Part shown: positions 46,585-57,471 of the stretch, in pieces
Position numbering within the stretch: position 1 is the first letter of the stretch
Layout: every line of letters begins with the position of its first letter
Assembly (NCBI GenBank): GCA_041665025.1
Contig: JBAYJP010000005.1
Span: 11,056 to 75,055, forward strand
Length of the DNA: 64,000 bases
Source of the DNA: Candidatus Magasanikiibacteriota bacterium
Lineage (GTDB): Bacteria; Patescibacteriota; Patescibacteriia; Magasanikbacterales; UBA922
Direction: 5' to 3'
Translations under genes and position numbers: made by a program
The notes under the pieces: model-generated
Told to the model about the DNA's origin: nothing
The model's database searches: none
Seen by the model: the letters and a program-made list of their open reading frames with translations, nothing else

Positions 46585-48048
46585 TCAATTTCCTTTTTCA
46601 ATTGGTACTCTTTTTATGGTAAGTGACCCGGAATTATCTGATGGCCATGTGTTTTCTATTTCCAATGTTTTATTAATGACGTTTTCATTGAATAAAACTC
46701 GTAAATATACACCTCTTCTCAATTTTTCAAGAGGAATATAATTTTGCCAGCCAACCATATCCCATGTGCCGACGAGTGCTTGTTTACTATCTTTGCTCAT
46801 ACCAATCCAATAGCGCGCGTCATCAACTCCATTATTTTTTTCCCCAATTTCTCCATACCCCCAAAAACCAACCAGTTTTTTATCTTTAGGACACCATTCG
46901 CTCGATAGTGCCGCGTCACTTTGTGTTGCATCTATGAGTCTTGGAAATTTGAACATCTGAGGTTTAAATGTTTCTCGTTTACTACTTTGCAGAGGTACTG
47001 CCTCATTGGCATTCCCATATCCGTTTCTGAATGTGCCCGGATAAAATTTTCCTTGGCTATCCACACATGCACCTACTAATCCAAATACATCTTTATCGAG
47101 CCAATTCGTCTTGTCTTCAAGTACATTAGCAATATAGGCGACCAGCGGAACATCTATAAGCGTATCTTGCCACATAGAGCCTACGCCGAGGTGTAAAATG
47201 AGTTGTGCATCTTGGCACACCATTTCTGCTTGTTCTGCGGGGCTAGGGGCACATACTTTTCCGCTCTCGCATGCGCTTCCACGACATGTTTGGTTGCCCG
47301 TGTCATACACAAAATAATAATCACCGCATGGGGCGCTGAGACCTGTCTCGCCCTCAAATTTGGCGGTTTTCAACAGTTCTGCACGCTGTTGATCGGACAT
47401 GGTCAGCAAGTCCTTTTGTTTGTATGCAAACGCAACAGTTGTACTGGTGTCAATCATTTCATCGCAGTATGGTGGTACAAGCCCCAATTGATTAATGGCC
47501 CAGATTTGAGGAAGTCGTAGATTGACTAGATAGGGGTTGAGAAGTTTTAAAAGAATATACGAAAATGAAAGAAGTACAAGCCCCACTATCGCGTTTGAAA
47601 TTCTACCTTTTGCTTTTGTTATTGTTTCAGAATTTCCTGCAGATAGCGACCATTGTGCGCCGGCGGTAACAACCATGAAAACAGCAATAATTGTCGCAGC
47701 CATAAAGCCGTATCTTTGGACATATACAATAAATTCACCAATATGAGCGAATTTTGTTTTTCCACCAAAAGAAATGCTTGTTTCAGTTTGTCCAGCCGGC
47801 AAACAAAAACCTAGTTTTTTGCCCGCAGTATCTTCCGTGCCTCCGCATGCTTTTTTTGCATCGTCATGTTCCGATGCGTAATAAACACCGTCTATTGCTA
47901 TTTTTTCATCATTATTTACAAATGGCAATCTATAATTTATACATTCTTGTTCTGTCCAACAACGCTGGTCTACTTGAGCGCTGACTGAAAAAAATGGTGT
48001 AAACAACACACCTGCGATGATAACGGAGAAGATGGCTTTTTTAAACAT
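46585..48048 (-). CDS. Cys-rich secreted/membrane protein of unknown function
   Basis: Signal peptide, two central TM helices, about 20 Cys in the extracytoplasmic parts. No motif recognised. Confidence 0.35.
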   Translation of the reverse strand: MFKKAIFSVIIAGVLFTPFFSVSAQVDQRCWTEQECINYRLPFVNNDEKIAIDGVYYASEHDDAKKACGGTEDTAGKKLGFCLPAGQTETSISFGGKTKFAHIGEFIVYVQRYGFMAATIIAVFMVVTAGAQWSLSAGNSETITKAKGRISNAIVGLVLLSFSYILLKLLNPYLVNLRLPQIWAINQLGLVPPYCDEMIDTSTTVAFAYKQKDLLTMSDQQRAELLKTAKFEGETGLSAPCGDYYFVYDTGNQTCRGSACESGKVCAPSPAEQAEMVCQDAQLILHLGVGSMWQDTLIDVPLVAYIANVLEDKTNWLDKDVFGLVGACVDSQGKFYPGTFRNGYGNANEAVPLQSSKRETFKPQMFKFPRLIDATQSDAALSSEWCPKDKKLVGFWGYGEIGEKNNGVDDARYWIGMSKDSKQALVGTWDMVGWQNYIPLEKLRRGVYLRVLFNENVINKTLEIENTWPSDNSGSLTIKRVPIEKGN

Positions 48049-48131
48049 AGTAAAATGATGAATGCAAAATGACGAATTAAATTGATTTGCTGTAAAGACT
48101 TTTTACCTATCTTTTTATCATTCGACATTTA

Positions 48132-48869
48132 TCATTTAGCATTGTTAAGATGTTTTACGATAATTTCATCCCACTGTTCTTTTGTTTTTACGCCTTCAAT
48201 TACTTCACCATTTACAATATTTGTGGGAGTGCCGCGCAGTTTGAGTGTCTGGCTATCCAAGAGATCCTGATCAATTACCTTTTTGAATGTCTTATTAGTA
48301 AAACAGGTATTGAATTTTTGTATATCCACACCAATTTGTCCTGCACTATTGAACAGAGACGTGTCATCAAGTTGTTTTGTCTTGAAGAGTATATCGGCAT
48401 ATTCCCAAAATTTTCCTTGTTCATTGGCACACATGCTTGTGAGGGCAGCACTTTGTGCATGCTCGTGGATGCTCTCTAGGGGCATGTGTTTGAACACAAT
48501 TCGTATGACCGGTTGGTACGTGGTCATAAGATATGATATAACCTCTTGCTGTTCTTGGCTATAGGGGCATTCAAAATCAGAGAAAGAAATAATAGTGATA
48601 GGTGCGTCTGCAGTACCGTATGTCGGATTGTTTTCATGTATAAAAAGTTCGGGCTGTACTACCGGATCTGGTGCACCGGTGTCGTCTGAGATGGACGAAA
48701 ATTTTTCTTCAAATTTTTGAGTAATTTCTGTTATTTTTTGCCGGGTTCCAAACTTAAATTGCCATGAGTAAAATATGAAAAAAGCAATAAATAGGCATAT
48801 AATTCCGACTGTTACGACACCTAAAATTATGAAAAATATTTTCCAAAATGCGGGGTGTCTTGTAGACAT
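48132..48869 (-). CDS. Membrane-anchored DsbA-like thioredoxin-fold protein with a CPYS active site
   Basis: N-terminal TM; FSDFECPYSQE (CxxS variant of the DsbA CPHC); cis-Pro region GTPTNIVNGE. Confidence 0.55.
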   Translation of the reverse strand: MSTRHPAFWKIFFIILGVVTVGIICLFIAFFIFYSWQFKFGTRQKITEITQKFEEKFSSISDDTGAPDPVVQPELFIHENNPTYGTADAPITIISFSDFECPYSQEQQEVISYLMTTYQPVIRIVFKHMPLESIHEHAQSAALTSMCANEQGKFWEYADILFKTKQLDDTSLFNSAGQIGVDIQKFNTCFTNKTFKKVIDQDLLDSQTLKLRGTPTNIVNGEVIEGVKTKEQWDEIIVKHLNNAK

Positions 48870-48955
48870 AGTATTTTTGAAGAATAACGGTGATAGTATA
48901 GCATATTTTCTTCATTGTCAACAGTGTTAGCTGATGTGCGAAGACCTATATATTG

Positions 48956-48984
48956 TTGACAAGCAGACCTTGTCGTGTTATAGT
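48956..48984 (+). promoter_or_regulatory. Sigma70-like promoter TTGACA-17-TATAGT upstream of secG, with flanking 8 bp inverted repeats TTGTCAACA/TGTTGACAA
   Basis: TTGACA at 48956-48961, TATAGT at 48979-48984. Confidence 0.4.
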
Positions 48985-49040
48985 TGATGCGTTCTATTTG
49001 TATAGTAGAGGTGGGGAGGTAAACTTAATTTTATTATTTT

Positions 49041-49259
49041 ATGCTGTTAAAAGTTATTTCTATTGCGCAAATTATCATCGCAATTTTGCTTAGTATAAGC
49101 ATTTTGCTTCAACAAAAGGGCTCAGGGATAGGTTCAGCCTTTGGAGGCTCAAGCACCATATTTACCACTCGCCGGGGAGTTGATAAGGTGTTGTTTAATG
49201 CGACAATCGTTCTCACCTCTCTTTTTCTAGGATCAGCTCTTCTCAATGTTATTCTCTAG
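49041..49259 (+). CDS. secG: Preprotein translocase subunit SecG
   Basis: 72 aa, two TM helices, LLQQKGSGIGSAFGGSS signature. Confidence 0.7.
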   Translation: MLLKVISIAQIIIAILLSISILLQQKGSGIGSAFGGSSTIFTTRRGVDKVLFNATIVLTSLFLGSALLNVIL

Positions 49260-49308
49260 TTTTTTAGTTATACCATTTTTTGTCAGCTAATTAATTGTAT
49301 TAGTTTTT

Positions 49309-51303
49309 GTGTTTTCTTCTATCTGGAACGTAGTCACTTCTTTAGCAAAAAAATTGCGCATGCGTCGTGTAGAAACATCTCACGATGATACCGTACTTGT
49401 ACGGCATGCCCGCAAGAAAAAAATACCTTCTTTAGGTCAGTTTTTTCATATATCTTTGATATTATCTCGAACCGAGAGAATACTCTTTGTGTGTGCAGGT
49501 ATTCTTTTTTTGGCTGGTTTTTTGTGGGGTGTATATAATCTCACTGGTAGGTATCGTACAGAGGTCCCTGCAGTAGGCGGTTCATACACTGAAGGAGTTA
49601 TTGGCGCACCCCAGCTTATCAATCCATTATTCTCCATGCTGAATGATGTGGATCGAGATTTGGTTTCTCTCATATATTCTGGTCTACTCAGATACGATAG
49701 CAAACATAGACTTGTTCCCGATCTAGCTTCCTCATATGAAATAAGTGAGGATAAAAAAATTTACACATTCAAATTAAAAAAAGATGTTGTGTGGCACGAC
49801 GAGAAACCATTTACCGCACGTGATGTTGTTTTTACGTTTGAGTTGTTGCAAGACACACAAGTAAATAGTCCACTGGCATTGGGGTTTCAGGGAGTCACTG
49901 TTGCCGCGCCTGATGCAGAGACAGTCATCTTTACGTTACCAGAACCATTTTCACCGTTTCTTTCAAATCTGACCCTTGGCGTTTTGCCTGAACATATTTG
50001 GTCGTCTATCCCTGCAGATCAGGTGCGCCTCGCAAAACGCAATTTGCAGCCGGTCGGCACTGGACCGTACCTGTTTACTCGTTTGGTAAAAGATGGTGCG
50101 GGGCTAATTCATCGCGTTGAACTGGGAAGATTTGAAAAATTTTATCGTACGCCCGCTTTTGTTAAAGATTTTGCTTTCGAATATTTTAGCGACTATGAAA
50201 GTCCTTTGGGAGTTATTTCTGCGTTACGTGAACAGACCGTTCAGGGTATTAGTTTTGTACCGTTTGCTTTAAAAAATAAAGTCGAACGCAAACATGTAGT
50301 TTCCTACACACTCCATATACCTCAATATTCAGCGTTGTTTTTTAATTTAAAAAGCAGTCGCGTTTCTTCTGTTGACACACGATTGGCTCTTTATCATGCA
50401 TTAGATAGAGAACGTATTATACGCGATGTTCTTGATCGCGAAGCTACGGTGCTCAATGGTCCGGTCTTGGAAGGACAGCCGGGTTATGACGCTGCTTTGG
50501 GCATGCAAGAATTTTCTTCTGATAAAGCAAATGAACTTTTTGATAAAACATTTGATCGTGTGACAGCGGATGAATATCGCACATTGCTTAGGGACGAACG
50601 TCTTAAAGAGCGTTTGCCTGCAGAAACAGTATCGACAGCTTCTGTTACATCGACAGAACAAATTACTACCACAACTACAACAGTTGATAATTCTGCTCTC
50701 GAGTTGCAGATAGATTCTGAATTGGACAAAGAACTTAATCCAGCCCAATTGTTTTATCGTTTTCCTAAAAAAGGTGACAAAACAGACATCATCGAATTAA
50801 AATTAGTTACGGCGGCTACGCCTGAGTATGCCAAGGCTGCAGAAATAATAGCAGGGTACTGGCAAGATATTGGTATTAAAGTAAGTGTTAAATTGGTGGA
50901 TTCAAAAGATTTGTCTCGAGAGGTACTCAAGGGGCGTGACTATGATGTACTTTTGTATGGTGTTATCTTGGGTGATGATTTTGACCAGTATCCCTTTTGG
51001 CATTCAACACAAATTTCGTATCCGGGATTAAATTTATCTGGTTATGTAAATCGCAAGGTTGATGATTTGCTTAAAAAGATGCGTGAAACTCAAGTAGAAG
51101 ATGAAATTGTTGCATCGAGTAAAGAATTTCAACAAACACTTCTCAATGATGTACCGGCTATTTTTCTTTATACGCCAACATACACGTATGTTTTGTCCGA
51201 TATGATAAAAGGGATTGATGTTGATCGTATTGGCAGGCCGTCAGATCGCTTTGCTAATGTAGCTGAGTGGTATATCAAGACAAAAAATGAGTGGAAGTTT
51301 TAG
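49309..51303 (+). CDS. ABC transporter substrate-binding protein, family 5 (oligopeptide/dipeptide-binding-like), with an N-terminal TM anchor
   Basis: TM ILFVCAGILFLAGFLWGV, then SYTEGVIGAPQLINPLF and the overall SBP_bac_5 pattern. The start codon is uncertain. Confidence 0.65.
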   Translation: MFSSIWNVVTSLAKKLRMRRVETSHDDTVLVRHARKKKIPSLGQFFHISLILSRTERILFVCAGILFLAGFLWGVYNLTGRYRTEVPAVGGSYTEGVIGAPQLINPLFSMLNDVDRDLVSLIYSGLLRYDSKHRLVPDLASSYEISEDKKIYTFKLKKDVVWHDEKPFTARDVVFTFELLQDTQVNSPLALGFQGVTVAAPDAETVIFTLPEPFSPFLSNLTLGVLPEHIWSSIPADQVRLAKRNLQPVGTGPYLFTRLVKDGAGLIHRVELGRFEKFYRTPAFVKDFAFEYFSDYESPLGVISALREQTVQGISFVPFALKNKVERKHVVSYTLHIPQYSALFFNLKSSRVSSVDTRLALYHALDRERIIRDVLDREATVLNGPVLEGQPGYDAALGMQEFSSDKANELFDKTFDRVTADEYRTLLRDERLKERLPAETVSTASVTSTEQITTTTTTVDNSALELQIDSELDKELNPAQLFYRFPKKGDKTDIIELKLVTAATPEYAKAAEIIAGYWQDIGIKVSVKLVDSKDLSREVLKGRDYDVLLYGVILGDDFDQYPFWHSTQISYPGLNLSGYVNRKVDDLLKKMRETQVEDEIVASSKEFQQTLLNDVPAIFLYTPTYTYVLSDMIKGIDVDRIGRPSDRFANVAEWYIKTKNEWKF

Positions 51304-51375
51304 CCTTGATTTAGACAGAGTCGTATTCAGTCTAAATCAATTTTTAATTCTGTTTTAATCAATGCTAAACTTTTA

Positions 51376-51457
51376 GCCGATGTGGTGAAATTGGTATACA
51401 CGTACGCTTCAGGTGCGTATGTCGAAAGACGTGTGGGTTCGAGTCCCACCATCGGCA
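51376..51457 (+). tRNA. tRNA-Leu (CAG), class II with a long variable arm
   Basis: Acceptor GCCGATG/CATCGGC; anticodon stem TACGC/GCGTA with loop TTCAGGT; variable arm TGTCGAAAGACGT; T-arm GTGGG-TTCGAGT-CCCAC; followed by a T-run. Confidence 0.8.
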
Positions 51458-51549
51458 CTTTTTTTTCTTCAATTAATTATTAACGTTACTTCATATCGGA
51501 AGGGGAGGCCTCTAGTGTCTTCTTGCTGTATATGTGGTTTAAACATACA

Positions 51550-53401
51550 TATGGATACTATTACTTCATTTGCACCAAAGCCAGTTGTTGTTTCTAAAAC
51601 ACCTGGATCTTTTGTGCAGCGCAGAAATCCTTCTCGGGGAGGGACATTTGTAAAACAAAATAAGAGACAACAACAGGGTGGCGGATATTATAACCGCAAT
51701 AAACGAGCGCCTCAGACCGCATCATTTGGCGATGCATCACCTCGTCTTCGCATTATTCCATTGGGCGGTTGTGAGGAAGTCGGTCGAAACATGACGCTGT
51801 TTGAATATGGAGATGACATTGTCATTCTCGATATGGGCATTCAGTTTCCCGAAGAGGATATGCCCGGTATTGACTATATTATCCCTAATACCAAATATTT
51901 AGTGGGTAAAGAAAGCCATATACGCGGTGTTGTGTTTAGTCATGGACACCTCGACCATATTGGAGCAGCTCCCATATTGCTTGAAAAGTTGGGCAATCCT
52001 CCCATCGCAGGCCGCGATCTTACCCTTGCGCTTATAAAGCACAAACAGGAAGATTACAAAAAGAACTCATCCAAAAAACTCAAAATGATGCGCATAAAGA
52101 CGGTGCAAGATGTTATTAGACTGGGAAGATTTACCATTAAGTTTTTTCAAGTCGAACATTCAATTATGGATGCCGTGGGAGTAATTTTGGAAACGCCTGC
52201 AGCCACCGTGATTCATCCCGGTGATTGGACGCTTGATCGAGACGCTTCTGGCAAGCCGACTCTTGATTACAATTCTCTTTCGAAGTTGCGCAGGCCTACG
52301 GTGCTTATGCTCGAAAGTTTGGGTGCAACAAATGAAAAACGGTCAGGGACCTATGAAGATATGTATCATAATTTGCAGGAAGCCATGATGACTGCTCCGG
52401 GACGTGTTATTATTGGAACTTTTTCTTCTCAGCTTGAACGCATCAAATGGGTGCTCGACGCGGCTCAAAAGCTTGGCAAAAAAGTTGCGCTTGATGGGTA
52501 TAGTATGCGGATTAATGTTGAAATCGCAAAAGAGCTTGGCTATATTACGGTGAAGAAGGATATGCTTATTGACGTGCGTGAAGTTGAGAAATATCCTGAA
52601 AATAAAATTGTTGTTGTTTGTACCGGTGCTCAGGGAGAAGAAAACGCTGTGCTTATGAGAATTGTGAACGGACAGCATAAATACATTGATTTGAAAAAGA
52701 GCGACACCGTCATATTTTCTTCCTCAGTTATCCCGGGCAATGAGCGTTCTATTCAGAGACTTAAAGACAATATGTATCGCCGATGTGATAATGTGATACA
52801 TGGTGAGCTTATGGATGTGCATGTAAGCGGGCATGCGACACGCGAAGATATTACCGATATGCTCAATCAGATAAAGCCGACATATTTTATTCCGGTATAT
52901 GCGAATCATTATTTTTTGAAAGAAGCTCAAAAACTTGCAATAAAAAATGGTTTTCCTGTTGATAGAATTTTTGTGCCAGATAATGGGACGGTGATCGAAG
53001 TAGACAATAAAGGAGCACAAGTCCTGCCAAAGAAGATCGTGAGCGACTATGTATTTGTCGATGGGCTTGGGGTGAGTGATACACAAAACATTGTGCTTCG
53101 CGATCGCCAGGTACTTGCCGGAGATGGCATGGTCGTTGTCATTGCAACCGTTGACTCGAAGAAGGGCACGCTCATTCAAAATCCAGACATCATATCTCGC
53201 GGATTTGTATTTTTGAAAGATAACAAAGAGCTTATTGAAGATATAAGGCACAAAGTAAAACATTTGGTCATTCAATCAGACCCATTGTCTTGGGCAGACA
53301 CAAATCAAATAAAAAATGATATTCGTGAAAAGATAGGCCAGTTTATTTTTAGTAAGACTGAGAAGAGACCAATGATATTGCCCGTGGTGATTGAAGTATA
53401 A
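51550..53401 (+). CDS. rnj: Ribonuclease J with a basic N-terminal extension
   Basis: RIIPLGGCEEVGRNMTLFEYGDDIVILDMG and HGHLDHIGA (metallo-beta-lactamase fold), beta-CASP and C-terminal domains. The six-frame ORF start at 51413 overlaps the tRNA and is rejected. Confidence 0.8.
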
Positions 53402-53416
53402 TAATCTTAATTTTTG

Positions 53417-53447
53417 ATTATCCACAGTCTGGATTGACTGTGGATTT
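53417..53447 (+). terminator. Rho-independent terminator (atccacagt-ctggattg-actgtggat plus T8)
   Basis: 9 bp stem followed by TTTTTTTT. Contains a TTATCCACA 9-mer. Confidence 0.5.
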
Positions 53448-53536
53448 TTTTTGTGATAGAGTATTCATGTACTGGTACATCGGTACACAATAGTTGAAAG
53501 TTATAATGTTTATACATTCAAAAGTCAAAAAACTGT

Positions 53537-53833
53537 ATGGGTTTTGTCCAGAATAAAAAAGAACTTCTACAGATTTTATCGGGGATAAAAGATATTTCTT
53601 TAATGGAAAATTTTTTGAATGATTTGTTAACCCCTGCTGAAATAAAGGATATTGTAATGCGTTTGCAAATTGTTAAACTGTTGCATCAAGGCGTAACCCA
53701 GCGCGAAGTAGCAAAGAAACTCGGAGTGAGCATTTCAAAAGTAGAGCGGGGTGCGCGTGAATTGTTGGATAAAAAAGGAGGATTTGCGAAAATATTCCGT
53801 CTTCGTCCCACTAGGCGGGACTACGCCGGATAA
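53537..53833 (+). CDS. TrpR-related YerC/YecD-family DNA-binding protein
   Basis: LTPAEIKDIVMRLQIVKLLHQGVTQREVAKKLGVSISKVERG HTH typical of YerC/YecD. Confidence 0.55.
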   Translation: MGFVQNKKELLQILSGIKDISLMENFLNDLLTPAEIKDIVMRLQIVKLLHQGVTQREVAKKLGVSISKVERGARELLDKKGGFAKIFRLRPTRRDYAG

Positions 53834-53952
53834 ATTGGATATTTTTATGTATCGTAATATGTGTATACTATCTCGTGTCTGGCGATGGGCTTCTAGAGAT
53901 TAGCAAGCCCGATTTTGAGTTAGTATTATTTTAACTGCATCGGGTTTGCCCG

Positions 53953-55302
53953 ATGTTTTTGTATTTAGTCTTAATCGTAATCCTTATGAACAACTACCAC
54001 ATCAAACTTACAGAAAAAGATATCCCAGAGTCATATTTGAATCTTTCATATTATCTAGACAAATACTACGGCAAACTTCCTGATCCCCCGTTGCATCCGG
54101 GTACAAAACAACCTGCTGGCCCGCAAGATTTGTCCCCCATATTTCCGATGGGCGTGATTATGCAAGAAGTAAGCTTGGACGAGTTTATTCCTATCCCCGA
54201 CGAAGTGCGTGAATTATACAAAATGTTTCGTCCGTCTCCGCTTATTCGCGCGTATAGATTGGAAAAAGAATTGGACACGCCGGCGCATATCTATTACAAA
54301 TACGAAGGCGGCAATGCAACTGGTAGCCATAAATTAAATAGTGCTTTAGCCCAAGCATATTACAATAAGCAGGAAGGTGTTGAGACAATCGTGACTGAAA
54401 CGGGGGCAGGGCAGTGGGGTTCTGCGTTAAGCATCGCGTGCCATTATTTTGGGCTCAAGTGCAAAGTATTTATGGTGCGTATTTCATACGAGCAGAAGCC
54501 ATATCGTAAAGTGATTATGAAGATGTATGGATCAGACGTCTATTCAAGCCCTTCAATTCAAACAGAATATGGTCGTAAAGTTTTGGAACATGATCCAGAG
54601 ACGCCCGGTAGTCTTGGTATAGCTATTAGTGAAGCGCTCGAGCTTGCAGTACAAGATGAAAAAACAAAATACGCGCTTGGCAGTGTACTTAATCATGTCT
54701 TGCTTCATCAAACAGTAATTGGACAAGAAGCAAAAAAACAAATGGAACTTGCAGGAGAATATCCAGATATGGTAATCGGATGCTGTGGAGGAGGAAGCAA
54801 TTTCGCAGGCATTGCATTTCCATTTATTGCAGATACATTGTCTGGTGTGGAGACAAGCACTCGCTTTATTGGCGTAGAGCCGGTATCGTGTCCGTCGCTT
54901 ACCAAGGGAGAATACAAATACGATTTTGGTGATACTGCACAAATGACCCCACTTCTCAAAATGAAAACGTTAGGTTCGGATTTTATTCCAAGTAAGATTC
55001 ATGCAGGCGGACTTCGCTATCATGGTATGGCACCGCTTGTTTCGTTTTTGCATGAAGAAAAATTTATCGAAGCGCGCGCGTATGATCAATTGGAAGTATT
55101 TGAAGCAGGTACGCAGTTTGCGCGCACTGAAGGAATTATCCCGGCTCCGGAATCATCGCATGCAATAAAAGCAGCAATAGATGAGGCGATGAAGTGCAAA
55201 GAGAGCGGGGAAGAAAAAGTTATATTGTTTAATTTATCAGGGAATGGATTACTTGATTTGCAGGGATATGATGATTACTTAGCGGGGAAGTTGAGGAATT
55301 AA
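53953..55302 (+). CDS. TrpB-like PLP-dependent enzyme (tryptophan synthase beta-2 type)
   Basis: Long TrpB2-type N terminus. [11 protein letters not shown] is the PLP-lysine region and [16 protein letters not shown] the glycine-rich loop. Confidence 0.75.
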   Translation: MFLYLVLIVILMNNYHIKLTEKDIPESYLNLSYYLDKYYGKLPDPPLHPGTKQPAGPQDLSPIFPMGVIMQEVSLDEFIPIPDEVRELYKMFRPSPLIRAYRLEKELDTPAHIYYKYEGGNATGSHKLNSALAQAYYNKQEGVETIVTETGAGQWGSALSIACHYFGLKCKVFMVRISYEQKPYRKVIMKMYGSDVYSSPSIQTEYGRKVLEHDPETPGSLGIAISEALELAVQDEKTKYALGSVLNHVLLHQTVIGQEAKKQMELAGEYPDMVIGCCGGGSNFAGIAFPFIADTLSGVETSTRFIGVEPVSCPSLTKGEYKYDFGDTAQMTPLLKMKTLGSDFIPSKIHAGGLRYHGMAPLVSFLHEEKFIEARAYDQLEVFEAGTQFARTEGIIPAPESSHAIKAAIDEAMKCKESGEEKVILFNLSGNGLLDLQGYDDYLAGKLRN

Positions 55303-55304
55303 AA

Positions 55305-55330
55305 AACAACCTCGCTTTTGCAAGGTTGTC
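55305..55330. terminator. Hairpin caacct-cgcttttgca-aggttg preceded by an A-run. Shares the AAAAACAACCTCG left flank with the hairpin at 2746.
   Basis: T-run on the minus strand; lies 70 nt past the stop of the small GC-rich gene. Confidence 0.4.
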
Positions 55331-55399
55331 GTTCTTTCCTCTGTTTCCTGTAATCAAGAAACAAAGGAATGGAAGCTGGGAGGTAGGTCATTCCCCAGC

Positions 55400-55576
55400 T
55401 TAGCTCCGCTCGGGGGTGCGGAACAGGCGCCACTCGAGGATGGCGCCGACGATGCCAAAGGCAATGGCGCCGAGGATGGCACCAGGCTTGCCTTCGCCCG
55501 GTCCCACGAGTGTGGACAGCGCGGCGCCAGCAAAGGCACCGGCTACCGCCAAGTGGGAAGTAATCAGACCTTCCAC
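55400..55576 (-). CDS. GlsB/YeaQ/YmgE-like small membrane protein (Transgly_assoc-like), GC-rich with a GTG start
   Basis: VEGLITSHLAVAGAFAGAALSTLVGPGEGKPGAILGAIAFGIVGAILEW matches the YeaQ pattern PGKDGGG...ILGIVGA..GGW. AAGGAGG lies 6 nt before the GTG. Codons are strongly G/C-ending. Confidence 0.5.
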   Translation of the reverse strand: MEGLITSHLAVAGAFAGAALSTLVGPGEGKPGAILGAIAFGIVGAILEWRLFRTPERS

Positions 55577-55684
55577 GGTTTTCCTCCTTTCCGTGGAAGA
55601 ACACACTCGTTACTAAGCGGGATGTCCGTTTTTCACATGTGTGTTGTTGATAGTCTATACGTTTATAGATCTCTAGTCAAAGAT

Positions 55685-56077
55685 ATGAAAATAATATTAT
55701 TGGATATTTCACAACTCAAAACTCACGAAAAAACTTCTCCCAAACGTGTTAGAAAGGTTGTTGAATTGATCAAAAAGAAAGGCCAATTTATAAAGCCAAT
55801 TATTGTTGAAAAAAATACACATGTTATTCTCGATGGCCATCACCGTATCGAAGCATTAAAAAAATTAGGATACACAAGAGCGCCGTGTTTTTTGGTTGAT
55901 TATATGGATGATGAAGTGAGGGTTTATTTGAGAAGAAAAGATTTGCCCATGAATTTGATCAAGCAATTTATTTTGAGCGTTGCGTTGACTGATAATTCTT
56001 TTGAAAGGAAGACGACAAGACATTATATTCCGGATAGGAGAGGAAAGATACATGTGGCATTAGAGAAGTTGTTATGA
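55685..56077 (+). CDS. ParB/Srx-like nuclease-domain protein (small)
   Basis: MKIILLDISQLKTHEKTSPKRV...IILDGHHRIEALKKLGY. Start at the ATG at 55685. The six-frame ORF extends upstream through the antisense strand of the GC island. Confidence 0.5.
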   Translation: MKIILLDISQLKTHEKTSPKRVRKVVELIKKKGQFIKPIIVEKNTHVILDGHHRIEALKKLGYTRAPCFLVDYMDDEVRVYLRRKDLPMNLIKQFILSVALTDNSFERKTTRHYIPDRRGKIHVALEKLL

Positions 56078-56168
56078 ATTACAAAGATAAAATAATATGA
56101 ACCCATTTGTTTCTCTCTTGTATTTTTTTGCTTAGTTAACTACAATTAAAGCGCGAAGGACAAAATGT

Positions 56169-57407
56169 ATGAAATTATCAAAATTATTAATGGCTATCTG
56201 TATAAGCGCAATTTTCACCCTGGGCATTTTTGGTTTGCATCTGTCTGCTCCAAGCGTGATAAATAATTTTTCAGCAGATAGCAACCGGATTTCGGATGCC
56301 TTCGCAAAAGACATGTATGCATACCACCAAACAAACCCGGAGTTTGCCAGGCGCATAGTTACTTCTTCATTGATTGAAACAGTTCATGTGGTATGTGGCT
56401 TAGATTATGCCTACAGCTTTGTATGGGTAAATTTTAGTTTGTTATTTTTGTGCGGAATTATTTTGTATTATCTTGCGCGAAGTTTTTCACTGTCACATCG
56501 CACCTCACTTTTGACCGTTGCCTTATTTTATACAAGTTTTACTATTTTGTTTGCTTTTTTTGCAGATATTTTCAGCTACGACGACCCGCTGCAATATGTA
56601 TGTATATTCTTGACTATGCTTGCGCTATCGCATAGACAATGGTTTTTTGCTTCATGCGCGTGGTTTGTTGCAGTGTTTGCTCGCGAGACCTCAGTTTTAC
56701 TCATTCCCGGTTTGTTATTGTTATTTTGGTCCTCGCATATTACTCAAGAGTTGCCTCTAAGAAAAAAAATAATATATTTTGCTTTGACTTTTGGAGTTCC
56801 TATTGCGATGTATGTAGGACTTATATATATGTATTTGAGCCATATCAATTTTCTTGAAATGAGTTCGCAGTATTTCCAAAATGAACGCTGGTCGCATGTT
56901 GCTTTTAATTTTGGAAGTCTTCAACAAAGCAGTGAAACCATTATCTCGTTATTTCTGGCAAGTGGAATTATTGTCTACGCACTGTATCACTATATTGTCT
57001 CAGGTTTATCTACAGCTTTTGACAAAAAAGTCTTGCTTGCTTTTCTCATTACCAGCGCAATAAATATACCTCTTGTGTTGCTTGGAGCTCGGGCACGGGA
57101 AGTGCGGTTATTCGCATTTCCTCTTGTATTTATGTGGCCTTTTGCAGGTTGGTATGTGAGTAGGGTTCTCAAGGTTTTTCCGTTTAAAGAATATGTGGAA
57201 AGCTGGCGCAAGAGAGAACACCTCATTTCAAATACTATATTTTTAGTCTTTGGCCTCGTATTAATAGGTGTAGCGTACTTATTTTCTTGGTATGTATATC
57301 AACCGATTAGCAGTGCCGGCATATATTTTCAGATGTATATTTTTGTCCTCTTAGTGTTCGTGATTATTTATGAGCTCATTACTTTTCAGGTTAGAAGTGA
57401 TGTGTAG
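56169..57407 (+). CDS. Polytopic integral membrane protein of unknown function (possible GT-C/polymerase-like)
   Basis: At least 10 TM helices; no diagnostic motif. Confidence 0.35.
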   Translation: MKLSKLLMAICISAIFTLGIFGLHLSAPSVINNFSADSNRISDAFAKDMYAYHQTNPEFARRIVTSSLIETVHVVCGLDYAYSFVWVNFSLLFLCGIILYYLARSFSLSHRTSLLTVALFYTSFTILFAFFADIFSYDDPLQYVCIFLTMLALSHRQWFFASCAWFVAVFARETSVLLIPGLLLLFWSSHITQELPLRKKIIYFALTFGVPIAMYVGLIYMYLSHINFLEMSSQYFQNERWSHVAFNFGSLQQSSETIISLFLASGIIVYALYHYIVSGLSTAFDKKVLLAFLITSAINIPLVLLGARAREVRLFAFPLVFMWPFAGWYVSRVLKVFPFKEYVESWRKREHLISNTIFLVFGLVLIGVAYLFSWYVYQPISSAGIYFQMYIFVLLVFVIIYELITFQVRSDV

Positions 57408-57471
57408 TTTGCCTCTTGTTTTTATAGTCGAGTTTAGATACAATTTAAGTATAATTATTAAAAATTGAGTT

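Noticed and set aside
51413-51549. Six-frame RNase J start at 51413
   Set aside because: Overlaps the tRNA-Leu gene (51376..51457) and the upstream terminator T-run. The conserved RNase J sequence begins after the ATG at 51550.
55553-55684. Upstream extension of the ParB-like ORF through the GC island
   Set aside because: The extension is the antisense frame of the GC-rich small gene. The AT-rich true start at 55685 gives a compact ParB/Srx-like domain.
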